From assembly GCA_964468435.1 (NCBI GenBank), contig CAYXVE010000001.1, positions 165,020 to 229,019 of the forward strand: 64,000 bases of DNA, written 5' to 3'. Numbering within the stretch: the stretch's first letter is position 1; each line of letters starts with the position of its first letter. Made by a program: the position numbers and the translations under genes. The DNA comes from an uncultured Bacteroidia bacterium (GTDB lineage: Bacteria; Bacteroidota; Bacteroidia; J057). The notes under the pieces were generated by a model. That model did no database searches. It was not told where the DNA came from and worked only from the letters and a program-made list of their open reading frames with translations. Shown piece by piece: positions 57,028 to 64,000 of the stretch.

Positions 57028-57501
57028 ATGAATATGAATAACATAGGTATTTATCTGCGTTCCTTGACAGGGCTGTTGGTACTAATTGCATTGGTAGGGG
57101 TGGGGCTGGGATCTTGCGATAATGGTCACAAAGAAGTAGAACAGGAGCTTAAGAAAAAGGTAATTGACATACATGACGAGATTATGCCTCGAATGCGTGA
57201 GATTGTAGAACTCAAAGAACAGCTTCAGTTGCTGCAGGACAATCTTGCAGGAAACAATGCAAATGAGGCAACGGTAGCAAAAGTAACACAACTGAGGCAG
57301 ATACAGTCAGGTCTGAATGAGGCCGAAAATTCCATGCGGACATGGATGCAGGAATTTAAGGTTACATTACCTGAGGATACACCACATGAAAGTGTGATAG
57401 AATACTACGAAGAAGAAAAAGCTGAGATTTCTCAGGTAAGAGAAAATATGTTGAGCAGTATAGATGCTGCAAAGACCTTTATCGAAGTACATAAAGAATA
57501 G
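57028..57501 (+). CDS. Hypothetical helical lipoprotein
   Basis: The ATG at 57028 gives MNMNNIGIYLRSLTGLLVLIALVGVGLGSC (lipobox LGSC). The rest is rich in E, K, Q and M and predicted helical. No family recognised. Confidence 0.55.
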   Translation: MNMNNIGIYLRSLTGLLVLIALVGVGLGSCDNGHKEVEQELKKKVIDIHDEIMPRMREIVELKEQLQLLQDNLAGNNANEATVAKVTQLRQIQSGLNEAENSMRTWMQEFKVTLPEDTPHESVIEYYEEEKAEISQVRENMLSSIDAAKTFIEVHKE

Positions 57502-57505
57502 AGAG

Positions 57506-58141
57506 ATGGTAAAAGGAAGAATGATCCTGACAACAGGGTTGTGGGTAGGATTAATGTGGCTGGCAATCGGATGCGGTTCAGGAAGCTCTTCATCACTACC
57601 CATACTAGGCACCAGTCAAGTTGTAGATGGAGATACCCTGTATCATACGATACCGGAATTCTCGTTTATCAATCAGGACAGTGCAAAGATCACACAGGCT
57701 GATTTGGAAGGGAAAATATATGTAACTGATTTCTTTTTTACTTCCTGCCCCACCATTTGCCCTAAAATGAAACAACAGATGCTCCGTTTATACCAAAGGT
57801 TTAAAGATGATAACGAGGTAATGTTATTATCACACTCTATTGATCCATCGTATGACACGCCTACTGTTCTGAGGGAGTATGCAAAAGGTTTGGGAATTTC
57901 TTCTGACAAATGGCTCCTGGTTACAGGGGAACAGAAGGATATATATCTCATAGCTGATGAGTATCTGGTAAGTGTAGCTGAAGATGAGTCTGTTCCTGGT
58001 GGATTCATTCACGGAGGACATTTCATTCTCGTGGATAAAAGTCGCAGGATCAGGGGATATTATGATGGTACAAAAGAGAAAGAGGTAGATCAGCTTATGT
58101 CTGACATAGAGCTTCTGATTAGCGAATATACAGCGTCTTGA
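57506..58141 (+). CDS. SCO1/SenC-family copper chaperone / thiol-disulfide oxidoreductase
   Basis: CPTICP motif in a thioredoxin-like fold, with a conserved downstream His (FIHGGHFILVD). A lipoprotein signal (LAIGCGSG) follows the ATG at 57506. Confidence 0.82.
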   Translation: MVKGRMILTTGLWVGLMWLAIGCGSGSSSSLPILGTSQVVDGDTLYHTIPEFSFINQDSAKITQADLEGKIYVTDFFFTSCPTICPKMKQQMLRLYQRFKDDNEVMLLSHSIDPSYDTPTVLREYAKGLGISSDKWLLVTGEQKDIYLIADEYLVSVAEDESVPGGFIHGGHFILVDKSRRIRGYYDGTKEKEVDQLMSDIELLISEYTAS

Positions 58142-58143
58142 GC

Positions 58144-58563
58144 ATGTCAACCCTGAAAGGTATTCTGGGATTTGTCTGGCCTGTGATCATCCTTTTGTTG
58201 CTAACTCTTTTTCGCTACTGGTATCAGCAACAATCCAATCCAATAGGTAAAAGACTCTACAATCAGAACTGTGCTAACTGTCACATGCAAGCGGGGCAAG
58301 GATTGGCGCAGTTGATCCCGCCACTGGCTCAAGCTGATTATTTGATCAGCTACCGTGATAGTTTGCCTTGTATCATCAGGAATGGAATGCGTGGTGAAGT
58401 AATGGTTAATGGCATTACATACAATCAGCCTATGCCAGGTAATGATCAGCTTTCTGCTTCAGAGATAGCACATATCATGGATTATATCAATCACTCCTGG
58501 GGCAACGATATAATATCCATTCCGCAGGATTCTGTTTCACAGCTCCTAAACCAATGTAACTGA
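58144..58563 (+). CDS. Membrane-anchored class I cytochrome c
   Basis: It has an N-terminal TM helix, a single CANCH heme site and a distal Met context (NQPMPG). Its start overlaps the SCO1 stop. Confidence 0.75.
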   Translation: MSTLKGILGFVWPVIILLLLTLFRYWYQQQSNPIGKRLYNQNCANCHMQAGQGLAQLIPPLAQADYLISYRDSLPCIIRNGMRGEVMVNGITYNQPMPGNDQLSASEIAHIMDYINHSWGNDIISIPQDSVSQLLNQCN

Positions 58564-58816
58564 GCAACGCGGTCAATCGTCCTGTAAATATATTTAAGAG
58601 GGTTAACGATATCATATATATTTTTAAATAACATCTTAGATAAATCCAATTATTAGCTTAATGGATTAAACCTGACAGATGATTATTTTCACTAACCCCC
58701 ATCTACCGACAGCCCCCCTTGTTCAACGCGCTATCCAGTATAAGGGAGGAAGGATAGTTTAATTAAATTAATATGGTAATACTGTGCCTTCTTCTCAGAC
58801 CACGTAATCATTTTAA

Positions 58817-60766
58817 TTATTCCGTAATACCTTTCCAAGTATCGGTTCTGAATGGATTGGTTGGCAAACCTGCTGAATTATAAATAGAAAGATCCTCAGG
58901 GTTATCTGCCCATCCATATCGTACAGCTACGGGATTGGATACTTCGCTGGCATAAACGACAATTTGATTAGTGCTGATAATTTCGGCTTTTGCCCAATGA
59001 AATACCTGATCTTCCCCTGCAATACTGAAACCAGGTACATAGCCATACTTATTTTGGTTGACAAGCCCTTCTCCGATATGGTCAAAAGTAATAATGATCT
59101 TACCGTCTTCTACATCATGGGACTGATACATGGGGCCATCTGCAATGATATCTTTACCATAGGCGATATGATAAGCCTGTAAAGCCAGCCTTCTGCCTAC
59201 CTCCTGCTTATTGCGAGGATGGATATCATCGGCATCGCCGATATCGATGGTTGAGGCCATTCCGGTATTGGGAAGGCCTAACGTCATGGTCTGAGCTTCG
59301 CGTAGTTCTGCCCAGGTACTACCCTGAGGTGTATCTACGGGCTGCCTGAAGTTGGCTAGTTGTACGAAGAGAAAAGGAAAGTCCCCTATATCCCAATGTT
59401 CTCTCCAGTCTTTGATCATCAAGGGAAACAGGGTCTGGTATTGCTTGGCACGGTTCGCATTGGATTCGCCCTGGTACCAGATTACTCCCTGGAGTTTGTA
59501 GGGTATCAAAGGTGCTACCATGCCATTAAAAAGCAACGTGGCGTATTGATTGGGGTTGATAGAAGTATTGACGCGTACATCGCTAGCTCGGTAGTACCAT
59601 GTTCCTCCAAGGTCGATGCGCTGATCACCTATTGACAGATACATATCTCCTTCAGTTCCCCATAATCCTCCTCTTCCAGCATTATCAGTAACCTTTACAG
59701 TAACGGTATTTTTACCCGGTTGGAGAATATCTGTCGAGATCCGGTATGACCTGGGTTCGTTGTAAACTTCCGTTTTGCCCACCTGCTTACCATTGACCCA
59801 GGTAATATCCTGATCATCTATGGGCCCTAGATTCAGTATTACGGTCTGTGCTACCTGTTTGGGGGTAAGTATAAAATCCTTGCGAAACCATATTACACCA
59901 TCCACCCCTAAGAGGCCTCTTTGCTCCCAGCTTGCAGGCATATCCCCCATCTTTCTCCACTTGGAGAGGTCTACATCATCAGTTGCCCAGGCCGGTACGC
60001 TATCGATCACAGGAACTTCATTCTGGAAATCTGAACCCAGCACTTCCCTGATTTTAGTTTGCTGTTCTTCTTGAAAAGTTTGAAGATTGATTGTTTTTAA
60101 GGCCTCCAGTTGCTCATCAAAAAATGGCGTTGTCCGTATAGCTTTTGCACTGGTCCAGGCTTCTACTTCTGTACCTCCCCAGGTAGTATTGATCAAGCCT
60201 ATGGGTACACTCAGATTTTTATATAAGTCCCTGGCAAAAAAATATCCTACAGCTGTAAAGTCTCCCACGGTTTCGGGGCTACATATTTCCCATACGGTAG
60301 TGTCTGAGATTTTATCCTGAGTTGTGGTAGCGATGATCCTGGGTACGTTGAAATGGCGGATCAATGGATACTGGGCATTTGCTATCTCTTCTTCGGCGTT
60401 TTGCGAATTGCGTACCGTCCATTTCATGTTGGATTGTCCGGAGCATATCCATACTTCTCCTGCGTAAATATCCTGTATGCTGATCGTATTACTACCCGAG
60501 ACGCTCATAGTATAGGGACCTCCTGTAGAAACAGGCGATAGGGTAATTTGCCATTTGCCGTCAGCTCCAGCCTGGGTTTCATGGGATTGTTCTCCAAAAG
60601 TCACAGTAATCTGTTCTCCTGTATCAGCCCAACCCCATATAGGTACTTCGGCATGGTGTTGAATAACCATGTGGTCCTGAAACAATTGGTGCAAAATGAT
60701 TTTTGCATGTACCTGTAAAGAAATACCACCTGTAAGGGTGAACGTTAAAAGTAGTAGTCTTTTCAT
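58817..60766 (-). CDS. Sialate O-acetylesterase-family (SASA/DUF303 SGNH-like) carbohydrate esterase
   Basis: 649 aa with a signal peptide. The GEVWICSGQSNM motif is characteristic of the 9-O-acetylesterase family. A central beta-sandwich insert is present. Confidence 0.75.
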   Translation of the reverse strand: MKRLLLLTFTLTGGISLQVHAKIILHQLFQDHMVIQHHAEVPIWGWADTGEQITVTFGEQSHETQAGADGKWQITLSPVSTGGPYTMSVSGSNTISIQDIYAGEVWICSGQSNMKWTVRNSQNAEEEIANAQYPLIRHFNVPRIIATTTQDKISDTTVWEICSPETVGDFTAVGYFFARDLYKNLSVPIGLINTTWGGTEVEAWTSAKAIRTTPFFDEQLEALKTINLQTFQEEQQTKIREVLGSDFQNEVPVIDSVPAWATDDVDLSKWRKMGDMPASWEQRGLLGVDGVIWFRKDFILTPKQVAQTVILNLGPIDDQDITWVNGKQVGKTEVYNEPRSYRISTDILQPGKNTVTVKVTDNAGRGGLWGTEGDMYLSIGDQRIDLGGTWYYRASDVRVNTSINPNQYATLLFNGMVAPLIPYKLQGVIWYQGESNANRAKQYQTLFPLMIKDWREHWDIGDFPFLFVQLANFRQPVDTPQGSTWAELREAQTMTLGLPNTGMASTIDIGDADDIHPRNKQEVGRRLALQAYHIAYGKDIIADGPMYQSHDVEDGKIIITFDHIGEGLVNQNKYGYVPGFSIAGEDQVFHWAKAEIISTNQIVVYASEVSNPVAVRYGWADNPEDLSIYNSAGLPTNPFRTDTWKGITE

Positions 60767-60790
60767 GATTAATTATTTGATGGGTAGTGA

Positions 60791-62128
60791 TTAGGATCTA
60801 TTGAAACGTATTTTTTGTCCTCGTTGGTTGTTATCAAAAGTCCCTTTTTGATATACAATATTTCCATTTACGATGGTCGTATGTATCATGGACTGGAAAG
60901 TAGTACCTTCAAATGGAGACCATCCACATTTGTAGTAAAGATTTTTTGGGGATATTGTCCAGGGATGGTTGAGGTCTACCAATACCAGGTCGGCGTGGTA
61001 ACCCTCACGTAAAAATCCCCTTTTATCAATCTGAAAGCATTTAGCTGGAGCATGACACATTTTATTGACAACCAGTTCAAGTGTAAAAATACCCTGATGT
61101 ACCAGTTCTAGCATAGCTACCAGGGTATGCTGAATAAGCGGACCTCCTGAAGGGGCATTTACATATGGGCGGGACTTTTCTTCTAACGTATGAGGTGCAT
61201 GATCTGTAGCTACTATGTCCAGTAAATCTTCCTGCAAAGCCTTACGCAGAGCCTCACGATCGGTACGCTTTTTGATCGCTGGATTCCACTTAATAAGATT
61301 ACCTTTGGACATGTAATCATCTTCGGTGAACCAAAGGTGATGGATACATGCTTCAGAGGTAATACGTTTTGCTTCCAGAGGAATATCATTTCTGAATAAT
61401 GACAACTCTTTTTCAGTGGATATATGAAGTATATGTAGGCGCGTATTGTATTGCCGAGCCAGGGCCACTGCTTGAGATGAAGAAGCATAGCAGGCTTCCT
61501 CGCTACGGATCTGTGGGTGAAGATATACAGGAATTTCCTCTCCGAATTTTGCCTTATATTCTTCCAGATTGCTCTGAATAATTTCTTCCTTTTCACAATG
61601 TGTGGCGATGAGCATAGCTACTTCACTAAAGAGTTGCTCCAGTGTTACAGGGTTATCGACCAGCATACTACCCGTAGATGATCCCATAAATACTTTCACA
61701 CCACATACCCATTCAGGATCTGTTTTTAAAACTTCTTCAAGGTTGTCATTTGAGGCTCCCATAAAAAAAGAATAATTGGCTGGAGAAACCTTTGCAGCTC
61801 TTTGGTATTTAGCTTCCAGAAGTTCCTGTGTGATGGTAGGAGGAGAGGTGTTGGGCATTTCCATAAATGTAGTAACTCCACCAGCTATCGCAGCACGGGA
61901 CTCCGTTGCTATTTCAGCTTTGTGTGTAAGGCCAGGCTCGCGAAAATGCACCTGATCATCAATTACACCGGGTAATAGGTATAGTCCTTCACCATCGATA
62001 ACGTGATCCGTAATCTGATTGATTTCTGTTGAAATTCGATGAATCACCCCCTTTTTAATCCAGACATCTTGTCTGATTTGTGTGCCTTCGTTGACAACTG
62101 TGGCGTTTTTGATCAGCAGGGTACTCAT
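60791..62128 (-). CDS. pyrC: Dihydroorotase (cyclic amidohydrolase, allantoinase-like class)
   Basis: It has DDQVHFREPGLTHKAEIATESRAAIAGGVTTFMEMPNT and VATDHAPH. The ATG at 62128 (MSTLLIKNATVVNEG) is preferred to the GTG at 62140. Confidence 0.8.
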   Translation of the reverse strand: MSTLLIKNATVVNEGTQIRQDVWIKKGVIHRISTEINQITDHVIDGEGLYLLPGVIDDQVHFREPGLTHKAEIATESRAAIAGGVTTFMEMPNTSPPTITQELLEAKYQRAAKVSPANYSFFMGASNDNLEEVLKTDPEWVCGVKVFMGSSTGSMLVDNPVTLEQLFSEVAMLIATHCEKEEIIQSNLEEYKAKFGEEIPVYLHPQIRSEEACYASSSQAVALARQYNTRLHILHISTEKELSLFRNDIPLEAKRITSEACIHHLWFTEDDYMSKGNLIKWNPAIKKRTDREALRKALQEDLLDIVATDHAPHTLEEKSRPYVNAPSGGPLIQHTLVAMLELVHQGIFTLELVVNKMCHAPAKCFQIDKRGFLREGYHADLVLVDLNHPWTISPKNLYYKCGWSPFEGTTFQSMIHTTIVNGNIVYQKGTFDNNQRGQKIRFNRS

Positions 62129-62238
62129 ATGTCTCAGCACTAAAATGATGTAGTACGACTTCTATTTTCTTATGACAGATCAATATACAAAAGTACCTCT
62201 CATCCAAACCATATTTTTGTAATATTATCTTAGATTTA

Positions 62239-62246
62239 TAGTTTTG
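62239..62246 (+). promoter_or_regulatory. Candidate -7 promoter box (TAnnTTTG) for the deoxynucleoside kinase gene
   Basis: TAGTTTTG is a perfect consensus match 26 nt upstream of the GTG start. A second perfect box, TATTTTTG, lies at 62212-62219. Confidence 0.4.
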
Positions 62247-62271
62247 AATAGTGCTATAATATCACATTGAA

Positions 62272-62913
62272 GTGAGTACACACAAGCCTAAACACATTGC
62301 ACTTGCAGGGAATATAGGTGCAGGGAAAACTACCCTGAGCATGAGGCTGGCTGAGCACTACGGTTGGCAACTATTACTGGAAAGTGTAGAAGATAATCCC
62401 TATCTGGAGGATTTTTATTATAACATGAATAAATGGGCTTTTCCACTTCAGATTTACTTTCTGCATAGCCGTCTCAATCAGATTGCGGATATACAACAAG
62501 GCAACCGGACCGTCATCCAGGATAGGAGTATTTACGAAGATCCCTATATCTTTGCCAAAAATTTACGAGAGTCCTTTTACTTGAGTGAGCGCGACTACAG
62601 CAATTACATCAGTTTGTTTCATTCTATTAGCCGACTGGTTAAAGCGCCTGATTTATTGATCTATCTTCGGGCAAATATTCCTAAATTGGTGGAGCAGATC
62701 CAGAAAAGAGGACGTCCGTATGAAAACGCTATTAGCATCAAATATCTTGAAAATCTGAATCGAAATTATGAAGCGTGGATCAATCGATACGATATGGGCG
62801 CGCTGATGATTATCGAGGTTGATGATCTGGATTATCTCTCATCCGAAGAGGATTTCCGCTCTATCGTTGAGCGTGTAGATCGCGAATTTCTGAGTAAATA
62901 TGTAATAGAATAG
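62272..62913 (+). CDS. Deoxynucleoside kinase (dAK/dGK/dCK family)
   Basis: 213 aa with the P-loop IALAGNIGAGKTTL, then ESVEDNPYLEDFY and the DRSIYED motif. GTG start. Confidence 0.82.
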   Translation: MSTHKPKHIALAGNIGAGKTTLSMRLAEHYGWQLLLESVEDNPYLEDFYYNMNKWAFPLQIYFLHSRLNQIADIQQGNRTVIQDRSIYEDPYIFAKNLRESFYLSERDYSNYISLFHSISRLVKAPDLLIYLRANIPKLVEQIQKRGRPYENAISIKYLENLNRNYEAWINRYDMGALMIIEVDDLDYLSSEEDFRSIVERVDREFLSKYVIE

Positions 62914-62987
62914 CTCGTGGCTCTTAGGGCCCGTGCTAGTGTGCAACGGGTTTGGGCGATGCACAACGATCATATGTTGGTTGACTG

Positions 62988-63195
62988 GCTGGCTGAAGTT
63001 GCAAACTTCAGCCAGCGTCTTAGGAGTTTCCCGCCATCGTATTTATGGTGAAGTTGCAAACTTCAGCCAGCGTCTCAGGAGTTTCCCGCCATCGTCTTAG
63101 GAGTTTCCCGCCATCATCTTAGGAGTTTCCCGCCATCGTATTTATCGTATTTGTGGTGCTCCCGCCATCCTTTAGCATGTCCGAACATCCTTTAG
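62988..63195. repeat. Nested tandem direct repeats (22-nt unit x4, 46-nt hairpin-plus-unit module x2) with a degenerate tail
   Basis: The hairpin gctggctgaagtt-gca-aacttcagccagc occupies 62988-63016. The unit cttaggagtttcccgccatcgt occurs at 63019-63040, 63074-63095 (1 mismatch), 63096-63117 (1 mismatch) and 63118-63139. The 24 nt at 62995-63018 are repeated exactly at 63050-63073. A partial unit, ctcccgccatcctttag, and a duplicated catcctttag extend to 63194. Confidence 0.9.
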
Positions 63196-63233
63196 GTTCT
63201 GATCGGAGGCTTATTACCATAGACAATGCTCTC

Positions 63234-64000
63234 TCAATACACCGCAGTTACTGTATACCCTTCTGCTTTAAGTAACTCAATCAGCCCTTGATCTCCAGGA
63301 AGATGGGCGGCACCGACTGCAATAAATACTTTGCCTTCTTTCATTTGCTCCATCAGCGGTTTCACCCAGTTTTTATTTCTTTTATATAGCAGATTGCCAG
63401 TACGGTCTTTAAGCGTTGGATCATCATCGACCATTTGCATCAGTTGGTCCAGTCTCTGCTGTCTATAAAGACGAAACATATCTTGAAACTGCGAACAGTA
63501 AGTCTGTGGGGAGCGTACCGTCTCCATCAACTCATGTACCTGTTCTTCGAGGGGAATCTCATTGAAAAATGCAACTTGCTCCTCTACTGTTTCGAGTCCA
63601 GATATAGGTTTTTCAGCTTTTTTGAACAGATTGGTGAAATAAAGTTCATAGGAATTGGGCTGTTCTCGGAGACAGTACATCGTGGATATTTGCTGAGCCA
63701 AAAATATAGGCTTGATCATCTGATACATGGGAATACTCACAGGCATGCTATCCTGCATAAACTGCTGAAGGTATTGATAGTCGTCTTCTGAAAGCAGGGA
63801 TTTCAGGCTGTTGGGAGGGGTGAGGATCATCTGCATGGCAGTTGCCATCATGCTTTGGGCATCGAGAACGATCTCTGTTACCAGGTGTTCTGACTTGTCC
63901 AGTTGTTCAATGACAACTGGAGGCAGGAAAAATGAGTCATTGGGGATAATGTGGATGGTGCCATACAGGTAAGAAGGATGATTGAGGTCATTCCGGTTGA
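63234..64000 (-). CDS. TraB/GumN-family protein (partial; the N-terminus lies beyond the window end)
   Basis: The track ORF (63234-63851) continues in frame upstream to the window edge. Hand translation of 64000-63852 gives NRNDLNHPSYLYGTIHIIPNDSFFLPPVVIEQLDKSEHLVTEIVLDAQS, which contains the family's SYLxGTIH motif. The C-terminal FIAVGAAHLPGDQGLIELLK is also typical. Confidence 0.72.
   Translation of the reverse strand, partial: NRNDLNHPSYLYGTIHIIPNDSFFLPPVVIEQLDKSEHLVTEIVLDAQSMMATAMQMILTPPNSLKSLLSEDDYQYLQQFMQDSMPVSIPMYQMIKPIFLAQQISTMYCLREQPNSYELYFTNLFKKAEKPISGLETVEEQVAFFNEIPLEEQVHELMETVRSPQTYCSQFQDMFRLYRQQRLDQLMQMVDDDPTLKDRTGNLLYKRNKNWVKPLMEQMKEGKVFIAVGAAHLPGDQGLIELLKAEGYTVTAVY

Noticed and set aside
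62988-63195. The repeat array could be a CRISPR array.
   Set aside because: The units are directly adjacent (22-nt period) or separated by a constant 9-nt linker. There are no unique spacers, and no cas genes are present in the window.
1-64000. I looked for tRNA, rRNA, tmRNA, RNase P RNA, SRP RNA, IS elements and prophage genes.
   Set aside because: Reading by eye, I saw no T-loop (GTTCGAATC-like) or acceptor-stem patterns, no conserved RNase P (GAGGAAAGTCC) or SRP (GTCCGGAAGG) motifs, and no transposase-like ORFs. Absence should still be confirmed with tRNAscan-SE, Infernal and ISfinder.

Overview
The window looks like a densely packed core-chromosome segment of a Bacteroidota genome. Three things support that placement. 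It carries a PorX-type receiver-PglZ regulator, a SusC-like TonB receptor and the conserved rpsU-xerC-hpf arrangement. Several genes have perfect TAnnTTTG -7 promoter boxes. Start codons lack Shine-Dalgarno sequences.

I support about 50 protein-coding genes, almost all housekeeping:
- Replication and repair: gyrB, mutS.
- Translation: tilS, tsaE, rpsU, hpf.
- Lipid and isoprenoid synthesis: fabI, a FabH-like KAS III, accD, ispH.
- Amino-acid, central-carbon and nucleotide metabolism: lysC, asd, fbaA, pfkA, pyrC, cmk, a deoxynucleoside kinase.
- Redox: trxA, AlkB, a SorAB-like molybdoenzyme with moaA, SCO1 and cytochromes c.
- An amino-sugar / cell-wall salvage locus at about 23.4-32.2 kb.

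Reading by eye, I found no rRNA, tRNA, CRISPR array, transposase or prophage genes, and no convincing multi-gene defence or otherwise novel system.

The unexplained signals worth a second look are:
1. A GC-rich nested tandem-repeat array with a perfect 13-bp hairpin at 62988-63195.
2. A decayed sulfatase gene relic at 32401-32612.
3. A strong intrinsic terminator sitting 10 nt before the thpR start codon, behind a perfect -7 box. This could be an attenuator or a small RNA.
4. The amino-sugar locus, which combines two fusion enzymes with an HGSNAT-like membrane acetyltransferase.
5. Several unusually long AT-rich spacers in an otherwise compact region.

All product calls come from motif recognition in the supplied translations or my own hand translations. 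No database search was run. Start codons were re-chosen where the ORF track extended to an upstream TTG or GTG.
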